64,000 nt of DNA from Takakia lepidozioides (lineage: Eukaryota > Plantae > Bryophyta): NCBI GenBank assembly GCA_030704615.1, contig CM060732.1, positions 36,952,001 through 37,016,000 on the forward strand. Reading direction: 5' to 3'. Both the position numbers and the translations under genes were made by a program. Numbering within the stretch: position 1 is the stretch's first letter; every line of letters starts with the position of its first letter. This document shows positions 37,832 to 49,711 of this stretch, piece by piece. Below the pieces are notes generated by a model, which searched no databases, was not told the DNA's origin, and saw nothing but the letters and a program-made list of their open reading frames with translations.

Positions 37832-39395
37832 GCGGAAATGAGGTTCCAGATTTCCGTCCGGAGTGATACTTTCGATTGCTGCTGGACGGAAACACGGCGC
37901 CGCATTTCCGTTTTGCATCTTGGTCATGCACCAGAGCGACGGAAATGCGGCACCGAGTTTCCGTCCGGGGGAAACCTTTATACTCTCCAGAACGGAAATG
38001 TGGTAACGCATTTCAATCCAGCAAGCACGGTATGTGAAGGTGGAACGGAAATGCGGTACCGCATTTCCGTTCTGATTGAGAATTATGAACAACGGGGACA
38101 GAAATGCAGCACCGCATTTCCGTCCGAGTCGCACCTTCCGACATACTAGAACAGAAATACGGCGCCGCATTTCCGTTTTGTATCTGACGCATGGAGCTGA
38201 GGGATAGAAATGCTGCACCGCATTTCCGTCCTCACAAGACCTTCATACTCTCCAGAACGGAAATACGGTACCGCATTTCCGTTCTGACTGAAAATCCTGA
38301 ACCATCGGAACTGAAATGCGGCACCGCATTTCCGTCCGAGTCGCACTTTCCGACATTCCAGAACGGAAATGCGGCGCCGCCTTTCCGTTTTGTATCTGAG
38401 GCATGGAGCCGAGTGACGGAAAAGCTACAGCACAATTTCGACCGCTTGAGACATTCATACTATCCAGAACGGAAATGCGGTACCGCATTTCCGTTCTGAC
38501 TGAAAATCGTGAACCATCGGAACTAAAATGCGGCAGCGCATTTCCATCCGAGTCGCACCTCCCGACATTCATGAACGGAAATGCAGCACCGCATTTCCGT
38601 TCTGACGGAAAATCGTGAAACATCGGAACTGAAATGCGGTACCGCATTTCCGTCGGAGTCACACCTTCCGACATCCCAAAACGGAAATGTGGCGCCGCAT
38701 TTCCGTTTTGTATGTGAGGCATGGAGCTGTGGGATGGAAATGCGGCACCGCATTTCCGCCCGGGTCAGACCTTAATACTCTACAGAACGGAAATGCGGCA
38801 CCGCATTTCCGTTCTGACTGAAAATCGTGAAACATCGGAACTGAAATGCGGTACCGCATTTCCGTTCTGATTGAGAATTATGAACAATGGGAACAGAAAT
38901 GCGGCACCGCATTTCCGTCCGAGTCGCACCTTCTGACATTCTAGAACGGAAATGCGGTGCCGCATTTCCGTTTTGTATATGAGGCCTGGAGCTGTGGGAC
39001 GGAAATGGGGTGCTGCATTTCCATCCATGTGAGACCTTCAAACTTTCCAGACCGGAAATGCGGCACCGCATTTCCGTTCAGGTGAGACCTCTATACTTTC
39101 CCGAACGGAAATTTGGCACGACATTTCCGTTCATCAACTAATGTATGTGAAGGGGGAACGGAAATGCGGTACCGCATTTCCGTTCAGATTGAAAATCATG
39201 AACCACGGGAATTGAAATGTTGTGCCGCATTTCCGTCCGAATCGCACCTTTCGACATTCCAGAACGGAAATGCGGCGCCACATTTCCCTTTTGTATCTCA
39301 TACATGGAGCTGTGGGACCGAAATGCGGCACTATATTTCCGTTCAACAACTAAGGTATGTGAAGGTGGAACAGAAATGCGGTGCCGCATTTTCTT
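37832..39395. repeat. Array of 30 palindromic 26-bp repeats with 27-bp spacers (53-bp period)
   Basis: Consensus ACGGAAATGCGGYRCCGCATTTCCGT. Starts at 37832, 37886, 37939, 37992, 38045, 38098 ... 39370. Five recurring spacer classes. Confidence 0.95.
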
Positions 39396-39429
39396 CCAAC
39401 AAGTACGGATGTGTAGCTTCGTGACGGTA

Positions 39430-42400
39430 CTTAGCAACAAGTTTCACCATTCTCAGCAACCACCCCCATCATGCCTTGTCTCCATGAATTCAAGAGCCGC
39501 TCTGAGCCGTCATGCAACTTAACTCCCTGCTGCTCTTCCCGATATAATATCCAGCACACATATCCGCCGCTCCACAATCTCTCAAGAGGATGACGAATAC
39601 GGGCCCTCACTGTCAGGCGGTCACATATCTCATGCCACGCACTCGCTTCACATTCATCTCGTCCCATGTCATCCGGATGAAAGGCCAGATCAGAAGTCCT
39701 CCCCCGTTCCAATACTTATCAAATGTTCATCCTGGGCTCCCTCTCATTTCATCAAGTATAATCCTTATTTGATAGTGCCTGATTGATATTTTTACCTCAA
39801 TAATATGCTACAGGGCCCTTACTTCGACTACTAACTGTATAGTATCGAGTTGGCTATCCATAAGACCTCAACTGCAGACCTCAACCGCTAACCTTATAGC
39901 GCTGGGCGCTCTGATACCATGTTGGATTCGTAAACTAAAACAAGCCAAGAAACAGAGCACGTACATGAGGTTCCTATAAATATTGATAGGGACCATTGAG
40001 CCCAAGGGGCTGGTCCAAGGCTTGCCCTTGACCCTGAGCTAACAAATAGGGTCTCACTACTTGATAATGAGCACATCTACACAAAGCAAGGAATTACAAG
40101 TGTCAGCTAATCTTCTAGAGAAGCTACTGTTGGAAGTAATTAAACATATCTAGAAGAGAGAGCTTTAGAGGCTGGGAGGAGAGCTTTAGTTTTAGCTTTA
40201 GTCTAAGACTTTAGTTCTTGTTCATGTTCTTGCTCAATTCTAACATGGTATCAGAGCCATTCTTCTCTAGGTGAGAGTTGGTAGTTGAGATTGAGAGAAC
40301 TTGATTATGGCTGGAGCGTCGTCTTCTAGCAATCCTCCTTCTATGTCTATGACGAGTGCATTAGATGTGAGAGTGGAAGATCGATTCAATGGAGCTAACT
40401 ATCAAACCTGGAAGTTTAGGATGAAGATGGTCCTTCTAGACAAAGATCTATGGGGAGTGGTTGATGGATCAGTCCCAAGACCTGACACTATTGTTGGCCA
40501 AGCCATATGGGATAGGAAAGATCAAAAAGCAAGAGCTAGCATCATCACAAGCTTGAGAGACAATCAGTTGCATCTCATTATAAGTGCTAAGAATGCTAAG
40601 GATGTTTGGGACAAGCTAGCAAGCATATATGAGACGAAGGATGTCACATCGCAAGTGTATGCGACGCAAAAGTTCTATGGTCTGAAGATGACCGAGTCAG
40701 ACTCAGTTGAACAACACTTGAATTTGTTTTGTGTGTTGCGAGATCAACTAGTTTCTGTGGGAACTAATGTGACTGATGAACACGCCGCAGTGGTGTTATT
40801 GGCAACCTTACCTGAATCCTATGATGGTTTTGTGGTGTCTCTAGCAGGACAAACTAACTTAACTATTGATGTTGTCATAGGACTTCTCCTCAAAGAGGAA
40901 ACAAGAAGAAAATGTCAAGGTACGTCTACAGAGGTAGACAGAGCTTTGTTCACAGGCAAGACTGGAGTAGTCTTGAATAGAAGACTCCTTCACATATGTC
41001 TCAGAAGTCCCAGAGGTTTCAGAAACCTCAATCTAGCTCAAAGATCAAAAAGGCCAAAGTGAGGTGTTTTTATTGCAAGAAACTTGGTCACAATCAATGA
41101 TTGTAGAAAGCGCATTGCAGATGAGCGCAACAGAGAGAGTCAAGGGAACATAGCTACTCATCAGAGGAATGCTATTCTATTTGTTGTGTCTCTCTCAGCC
41201 ACTACTAGACAGAAGCATGTGTGGTATGTTGATCCAGGAGCATCTCAACATATGAGTTCAGAGAGAGAGCATTTCTTATCCTATAGATCTCTTTCACCTA
41301 CACAATATGTTCTTTTGGGAGATGATAGCAAGCATGTCATTGGGGGGAAGGCTCAGTCTCTCTTATGCTCAATGAAAGGGAAACCATAGAGGTGGAAAAT
41401 ATCCTACATGTCCCTACTTTAACAAAGAACCTGCTGTCTGTAAGGCAAATTGTTGCAAAGGGATACAGAGTGGTATTCCAAGATGAGAGTTGTACTATCA
41501 CAGATAGCTCAGGAGCTGTGGTAGCAAGAGCTATTCTTTGATAATTGCTTGTATAGATTACAACATCACGTCTCTAGTGCTCTTACCACATTTTCACCAC
41601 AGTTGGGATCTACACCTGTCATGTCAGAAACAGAGTTGTGGCATAGAAGGTTAGGTCATATGAGCATTAAGAAGTTGAGACAGATGCAACTCTCAAGCCA
41701 TCTTGTGGAAGGACTACCATTGAAGGAGATGAGCGATATGCGTCAATGCAAAGGTTGCTTGGAAGGGAAGCAACATCGAGGTCAATTTCCTAAGGATGGT
41801 GGATGAAGTGCCACAAGTATATTGGAGATTGTACATTCTGATGTGTGCGGGCCAATGCAAAACACATCACTTGGAGGAGCAAGGTACTTTGTGACATTCA
41901 TTGATGATTTGTCAAGGAGGGTTGTGGTGAATTTCCTAAGGCAGAAAAATCAAGTGCTAGAGAAATTCAAGGAGTTCAAAGTACTTGAAGAAAAACAAAC
42001 TGGAAAGCCTCTTAAGATTTTGAGATCTGACAATGGTGGTGAGTACATCTCAAAGGTTTTCAATCAGTTTTGTCAAGAGAATGGAATAGCTCGACAGTTT
42101 ACTGTTCCATATACACCTGAGCAGAATGGTGTAGCTGAGCGGATGAATAGATCACTACAAGAATCTGCAAGGAGTATGTTGAAAAAAATGAATCTTTCAA
42201 ATCATTTTTGGGCAGAAGCTGTTGGCACTACAACATATCTTCACAACAGAATACCTATCAAATCAGTGTTGGGAAAAACACCAGAAGAGGTATGGAGTGG
42301 TCAGAAGCCTAGTGTGGCTCATTGTAGGATTTTTGGATGTCGTGCATATGTCCATATCCCTACTCAGAAGCGAAGGAAACTTGACTCCAAATAAGAAGGA

Positions 42401-44782
42401 TGCATCTTCATTGGCTACACAGAAGGTGTGAAGGGATATAAGTTGTTCAATAAGACAACTAAGGCTGTCAAACACAGTAGGGACGTAGTGTTTGATGAAG
42501 GCTTCATACCCTCTTTGGTAGTGGGAGAAGATGACATGAGAATGAGCTTAGAGCCATTACACCATTTCCAAGAAGAGTCTTATGAGGAGCCAATACAAGA
42601 GATGCCTGAAGCAAATGATGGAGGTGTTCAATTTGATAGAGTTGATCAAGGAGTCGAAGTTGGTGAACCATTTGTTGATATGGACTCTAGAGATGAAGTT
42701 GAAGATATGCCAATTCTAAGGAGATCTCAGCGGGAAAGAAAAACTCCTAGTAGGCTGATTACATCTATGAGTGCCGTTGAAGCTATGGAAGAAGCATCAC
42801 AAGTGGTTGAGACTGCTACATATGAGGAAGCGATGCGCTCTCCAGACAAACTACAATGAGAAGAAGCAATCAACTCAGAGTTGGATTCATTGATGCAAAA
42901 CAAAGCATGGACACTCACTAGGTTGCCTACAGGACGAAGAGCCATTGGTTGCAAGTGGATCTTCAAGTTGAAGTACAAAGCTGATGGATCTATTTACCGG
43001 TACAAAGCTCGTCTTGTAGTTAAAGGCTATGCACAAATTCAAGGAGTGGATTACAATGAAACATTCTCACCAGTGGTGAAGATTTCTTCTATCAGAGTGT
43101 TGTTAGCTCTTGCAGCTCGACATAATCACGAAGTTCATCAAATGGATGTTAAGACCGCATTTCTGAATGGAGAACTACAAGAAGAGATCTACATGAGACA
43201 ACCTGAAGGGTTTGTACAAGGAGGAAGTGATATTGTGTGTAAGCTGCAAAAGAGTTTGTATGGACTCAAATAAAGTCCTCGAGCTTGGTATGCTAGGATC
43301 GATGCTTACCTCTTAAAGGCAAGATTTGAGCGAAGCATTGCTGACACAAACATCTATGTGAAAAAGATGGGAGAGAAATTTGTGGTTATAGCTCTATATG
43401 TGGATGACACAATCATTGTCACCAACGATCATCAAAGGTTGTTGCCAGAAACCAAAGCACTGTTGAGTGCTGAGTTTGCCATGACTGATATGGGTGAGAT
43501 TCGGTTCTGTCTTGGTATTCAAATCAGCAGAGATCGAGTGAACCATACAATATTCATGCATCAACGACAATACAATGAGACAATTCTACAAAGGTTTAAG
43601 TTGGCGATGAGTAAGCCAACATCAACTCCTCTCGAAGTTGGTATGAAACTTACGAAGGATATGGCACCTAAGACTCAAGAAGAGCAAGAAGATATGAGGA
43701 AAACTCCTTATCAAAGCGCAATCGGTAGTTTGATGTATTGCATGGTTTGTACTAGGCCAGACATTGCACATTCAGTGGGAGTGGTCTCACAATTTCTTTC
43801 AAATCCCGGACAACCCATTGGAAAGCAGTGAAGAAGATATTTCGATATCTAAGAGGAACATTAACCTCTGGTCTACTCTACAAGATAGTGGAAGATCCAA
43901 GTTTGTTGGGGTTTGCTGATGCTGACTGGGCAGGAGACGTTGATAGTAGAAAATCAACTTCAGGCCATTGTTTTCTCCTAGCAGGTGGAGCTATATCTTG
44001 GTCTAGCAAACGACAAGTTGCAACAGCGTTGTCATCAACAGAAGCTGAGTACATGTCCATTACATAAGCAGCAAATGAGGCTATTTGGTTACGGAAGTTG
44101 CTTGGAGATTTGGATCATTTTCAATCACTACCTACGACTCTCTATTGTGACAATCAAAGTGCGATTGCACTAAGTCAGAATCCGAAGTATCATTCAAGGA
44201 CAAAGCACATTGAAGTGCAACATCACTACATACGGGAAGTTGTATGCAAGGGAGAGATCAAGATGATCTATTGTGCTACAGGAGATATGGTTGCAGATGT
44301 TTTGACGAAGAGTCTACCACAAACAAAACACATGAAGTGTTCAGCCTTACTTGGTGTTTCTTTTCCAAAAACAAACGAAGTAACTAAATGATATGGTTTA
44401 ATTGAGTGGGAGTGTTGGAAGTAATTAAACATATCTAGAAGACTAAGAGTCTTGAAGGCCAAAGGTTTAGAAGTTTAAGAGACTATCTTGTTTAACTCAC
44501 CTTTGGAAGGTGAATGGCTAGAAGGTGGAGTCACCATAGTGGAAGTGGAAGTGACCAAGTAGGACTTTCTAGAGACCTTCTTGTACAAGCTCGGGGGTGA
44601 AGCCACTAGTCGAAGTGTAAGAGTATGATGGTGGCTTCTATGGTTGGGAGGAGAGCTTTAGTTTTAGCAGTCTAAGACTTTAGTTCTTGTTCATGTTCTT
44701 GCTCAATTCTAAGAGCTACACGAAGAACCCAAGCCACACTAAATAATATGTGCTGAAACATGATGAGTGGGTAGTTCCAACA
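39430..44782 (-). mobile_element. Truncated copia-like element (5' LTR, PBS, gag remnant) whose LTR is split by a younger copia
   Basis: Reverse-complement iMet PBS GCTCTGATACCA (39908-39919) abuts LTR terminus TGTTGGA (39920). The other terminus TTCCAACA ends at 44782. Gag-like remnant at ~39430-39860. Confidence 0.7.
40128..44714 (+). mobile_element. Full-length Ty1/copia retrotransposon, inactivated by stops and frameshifts
   Basis: TSD GCTAC (40123-40127, 44715-44719). 5' LTR 40128-40245. PBS TGGTATCAGAGCC 40246-40258. Gag (FNGANYQTWKFRM), PR (WYVDPGASQHM), GAG-pre-integrase (LWHRRLGH), INT (HSDVCGP, RSDNGGEY), RT (QMDVKTAFL, YVDD), RH (DADWAG). PPT 44401-44412. 3' LTR 44413-44714. Confidence 0.96.
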
Positions 44783-45851
44783 GCAACTACCGGCCGAGCT
44801 CAACTCAAGTGCGGCTGTTAATGCCAACAGATTCTTGCTTCAATACGATATTGCAATAGCATGCATTGACCTTACAAGTATTAGTAGTCAAGGGAGGGGA
44901 CTAGTTAGAATGATATCTGGAATCATGGAGTAGATCGGGCAGAAGCTACAGACTATGAACAGTACCACCAGTGACTCGTGCACATTTGGTTGAACACCGC
45001 ATTGCCCCTCTTTTTATCTTACAGACTGCGTATCTCATTCTGGTCATACCCATCGGGGGGATTCGTAAGGATGTCAACTGAGGAGGGTAGCTTTGATCAA
45101 ATGCTCACGCTGACTTGCTGGATGAGGTGATTGTGGGGGACAGCCTCCTCCCTGCCTTCCACTCTGTTGGTTTCTCTTGGTAAAGTGACTCTTCTCCAAA
45201 ATAGACATCGATCATACCGTAGCAAAGGTAGTTGGCTTCAACTACCTCATCTTCATAAGAGCGTATGAACGGCTTTCTGTTAGTCTCTCTCAGGTCACTA
45301 GGAAACCTGGTAAATGGGTGAACTTGACATTGGAGTACTTAGATAAACGTCTCTGAGACGAGATGCCGGCCCTGGGACCCCTCAACTATGTTTGTTTGAC
45401 CTGAAAGCAGAATGCTTCAGGTAAGGTAGCGCCTTGGAGAGAAAATATCTCTCTTCTACTGAAAATGCGTACACGGGCCATTAATCACTGCAATCCTATG
45501 GAGTGATTCGGACCCCTACGGCTTAATGGAGGCAACTCTACAGTTCAAAGTGGGGAGTCGCGTGCTCTGGCTTGCTGGATAGTTGGGCAGCGTATGCCCT
45601 TGTGTTTGAACCTCTTATCTGCTGTAAGACGTACATTGACATCATTTTCCAGATAATTCTCGCATTCAGGTTACTTATGCCACTGAAACCAAAGCTTCAT
45701 GTGTAGTTTCTTCAGCGGTGAATGCTAAGGTAGACATTCTGTGGACCCCTTTAAACTACTTGCTCAAGTTAAGGCCTGCATGATTATCTGGCTGATGGCA
45801 CCAGTCAGCTGAACAACCTATCTCCAGAGGGTTTTACAACGCAAAATGCAC

Positions 45852-45968
45852 CATGTGCAGGAGTGTGCCATTCGGATCTGCATGTGATCAATAACGATCG
45901 GTCTTATCCGATTCCATGCGTTTAGCCAGGAATTCACCGGGGAGGTTCTAGAGAATGGTCTCCACACC
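45852..45968 (+). pseudogene. Isolated zinc-dependent (MDR) alcohol dehydrogenase-like exon fragment
   Basis: Translates AGVCHSDLHVINNDRSYPIPCV, then after a frameshift SQEFTGEVLENGLHT. This matches the GVCHSD...GHExxGxV motif with GHE decayed. Confidence 0.7.
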
Positions 45969-46195
45969 TATCTAGCCACTATATACAAAGGTCTGTACAA
46001 GTCGCTTATGATGTCACACCTTGATTGCTTACGTGTGACTTCTGTCAACCATACAGTTGGAGATATGATCAGTAAGCTTGAATTTGTGACCTCTCAAATA
46101 CAAATCAGCTCAGGGTAGTGTACATGCTAGCTGCACTTGCAAGCAGGTCAACCAAAGGGGTTACTGAAGGCTACTTAATTTGTTATTACCTCCAG

Positions 46196-49100
46196 TTTGG
46201 ATCTAAGGTGTATACTCCGATAGTGAGATGAATGACGTACAGCCTAATTGTACTCTGGGAGATGGATGCAGAGTGCCTGTGGGCGCACGAGCAGTGGGAC
46301 CGTCATTTATCTTTGCCTTGTGGAAACTGCTGCTTCTTTTGTTTGAAGGTAGAGAGCTCCTATCTTCCCTTAATCGCCACTCAGTATCACACACTGTGTT
46401 CAGGACATTGCAGAAGAAAGGCCAATTTTGCAAGACTATTATTGGTTGCTCATGTGCCCTACAAGGATGCTAGCCTCTAGGTGGAGGTTGAAGCTTCTAA
46501 GGAATATTATACCGTTCTATTGATGGCTCTTTCAAGAAGGCTTTCTTTCGGCCTCATACAGATTGAAGGAGAACTCGTAAGATGGCGTTTCCGCAGAAAG
46601 TCACAGAGTGTAGGCTATTGTATGAGCATCAAGGAAGACCCAAGAAATATAACGACTACGAAACTGCTGCAGAAACTGTTCAGTGGAAGGTAAGATTTTT
46701 CTGTATCTCCTCCTGAAGTGTAGTTACATGAGTAGCTGCATAATTTCCTGTTTCAGTTTATGTATGATTTCCATGCATGTGAGTCAGATTATGAATTCCG
46801 CCCTTTGTTATTGAATTTCAGGAGTTCGTACAAGCAGCACAAACCATTTTCGAGATATCAAGTGTTAAGGAAGCGATGGTGCTGTTCCTTTGTGAGGAAG
46901 ACATTTGGGCGATGTGGGAACAAGTGTTTGTTCGTGGGGAATCTGGTAAACTAATTGATGCGTATGGGAAAGAGTGCAAGACAGAACAGGTGCAGCTTAC
47001 AAAATTCTCCATCGGGATGCAAGAGCTTGACTCCCGCCAACTGAAGAAGGTTACCCAAAAAGTTCTGGATTGCAGTCTCTGCCTCAGGCATCCTTACAAG
47101 GGTGAAGACAAGTAGATAAGGAGCATGCTACATAGAGTACATGAAAACGAGAAGGTTCATTATCGACGACATTATGGTGGTGTTTGGATATCCCAATTTC
47201 GATTAAAAAAGAACCAAAATCAATACCAAAGAGAGTCGTGGTTGGAGATAAAGCAGAAATACAAGTTCGACAAGGCTACGTTTGAGTCGATGCGATTGAC
47301 TCTAGGAAGGTCATACCTCAACAGCAAGGGGAAACAGAACCAAGAGAGACAACAAATTCCACACGATTTTTGGACATTCATACGAGCTTGGAGAAAGAGT
47401 ATTGATGAGAAAGATAAGACACTGGCAACGATCTTCGAGACTGATTACAGGTCGGTTGGAGTACTCAAGAAGACAACAGATGTCAGCAAACACTTTTGCT
47501 GTATCGGCCAGACCAAAAAATACGACAATATTGGTATGGGGTTTGTTAACACAATCCATGACGATCATGGAGTCTCTTGGTCCAGTGCAGATTATGCAGA
47601 GATCCTGCATTCGTTCAAGTCTCCAAAATTCAAATGTAATGCTTTCGTTTTCTTGTCCAACCAATCCTCGTCAACGAATCTGGCATACTATGTCCGAAGC
47701 GCGGAGGGCCTGAAGACGTATCTCATTGTTGAGGGTGTTTACTTCCCGGGAGATAAAGAGAGCCGTTTCAAGAGTTGCTCAGTTGGATTATCTCGTCCTA
47801 TCCTTTGTGTGGACTATGTCTTCCCTGTCAATATGACAGAATTTGAACATCCCCAGGAGCATATCGATCGGTGCCTTTTGGAGAAACCTATCAACCCCCT
47901 TCTTCTTGGGACAAACCAAGACCTTAGCGATGAAGAGACAGATCTAAAGGTTTATAATAATGAGCTAAGAAGTGAGGCATACGAGTATATTGTCTCATTG
48001 TTCTGCAGATCTGGGATGACAGCGTTTAACATATTCGGAGGACCTCTGCTCACCCGCCATCTCCACGTACGCTTCTAACCTTAATTATGGTTTTGATTGG
48101 TATATGATCTCATATATATATATCTTCTCTCATTACTTTTCTTGTTCTAATCATCGAGATGTCACAAGTGCATCGACGTGCACGATGACTCGTAAGTCAC
48201 TAGTAAGTCTAGTCTATATGCGTGCAAAGGGATACACTACAATGTGTCAAAGAGTGATGTCCTCTCTGTCTTCTTCAATGTCCTCTTTTCATACAGCTTC
48301 GGATTCGGGTCCGAAGGTACCAAATGTAGTTCTCCTTTTCTTTCTCTTTTGTTTTAATGACTAAATCTCCACTTCCTCTATTCTCAGGCTCGACGTGTTC
48401 AAGTGGTCGACATGAATGAGGAGGACAAGAGATGCTTTTGCGAGCAAAAAGTCCAGTCGGCTTTTCGCTTGCTGGAATTAGGAAGAAAAAGTAATAGGCC
48501 TGTTCATGACGAGATCGACAATGAGAACCAAGTTGGCGAAAAAGCTGACACTGGGAATCACAAGGAAGAAGAGAGGAGCAATGAGGATGATACCAGCAAC
48601 GAAGTGGAGAGTGATAGCGAATCCCAAGATGGAGATAAGCACATTCAAAGGAGACGAGGTTCGAGCAAAGAAGATTATTATAGTGACGACGAAGTGGACG
48701 GTACTCATAGCGAAACGGAAGTGGAAGCTGAAGATATGCACATTGATAGGAGACGGCAGGATTACAATTCTTCAAATGAGAGAAGCAAGGAGGATCATAC
48801 TGGCGATGATAGCGAAGCTGAAGCTGAAGATGTGCACATTGATAGAGGACGGCAATGATACCATTCTTCCAAAGAGAGGAGTAAAGCGGATTATAATACA
48901 GCTGCCGATGATGAAGCTGAAGATGTGCACATTGGTTGGGGACAGCAAAGACACTGTCCTTCAAATGAGAGGAGCAAAGAGGATTATAATTCTGGCGATG
49001 ACACTAGTGAAGCTGAAGCTGAAGCTGAAGATGCGCACACTGATAGGGGACAGCAAAGACACTATTCTTCAAATGAGAGGAGCAAAGAGGATTACAATAT

Positions 49101-49266
49101 TGGCGATGATAGTGAAGCTAGTGAAGCTGAAGATAAGCACATCAAGAGGAGACGGACCGTCCAAGGAGACCATGCAGCTTCCAGTTACACTGATCTAATG
49201 AATGAAATTGAAAGTTTCTTGGACTCTCATTTTAAAAATAGATACAGGCTTGCTGCTTGTCTGTGA
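46196..49266 (+). pseudogene. Decayed spliced gene of unknown function with acidic repeat C-terminal exon
   Basis: Same-strand ORFs 46481, 46876, 47125..48078, 48403 and 48925. Canonical GT-AG intron 46690-46756. Acceptors near 46195 and 48387. In-frame stop at 47113 and a frameshift near 48855. Confidence 0.5.
48630..49155 (+). repeat. About 5 tandem ~100-115 bp coding repeats (EAEDMHIDRxRQxxxSSNERSKEDYxxGDD)
   Basis: GAAGCTGAAGAT..CAC..TGATAG recurs at ~48724, 48821, 48913, 49021 and 49124. Confidence 0.8.
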
Positions 49267-49711
49267 CATTCACAAAGGAAAAAGTTTATGGAGCCCCTGC
49301 TGCAGTGGTTATAATCTGCATGGTTATTAATCAATTACTTGCCGGAGCCACTTTGCCTTGCCATTAGGCAGTAAAAAATTTCACTTACATCCACATACAT
49401 GTTCACTCGGTTTTGTTTCTCCAAAGTAATTCTTGAAGAAAAGATTCATGCAGAAAGGTAGAGAAAAGTTCTGTCAATGGAAAACCCACACAAATAGTAC
49501 TGAATATTTAATACATTGTGCAGAAAATGGCTCAAATTATTAACGTTGTTGGGAGATCCCCAAAATACTTGTTTCCTCCCGGATCGATCTGGGTGGTCTT
49601 ATTGGTCAGTTGGGGGAGGGATAGATCAGAGCAGCGACTCCCTAGCTCGGCACCGCAATCCCTGATTCCATCACATGCAGCAACGCCCCAATTGCAATAA
49701 TCTCAAGTTAA

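Noticed and set aside
37832-39395. True CRISPR array
   Set aside because: Spacers recur in five classes instead of being unique, no cas genes are present, and the context is eukaryotic.
37727-39522. Many overlapping ORFs with RKCGAAF / TEMRYRISV / NGNAAPHF repeats
   Set aside because: By-products of a stop-poor palindromic array; the 53-bp period is not a multiple of 3 and both strands give the same peptides.
48506-49198. 230-aa basic repeat protein (KLKLKMCTLI..)
   Set aside because: Alternative frame of the acidic tandem repeat; no independent support.
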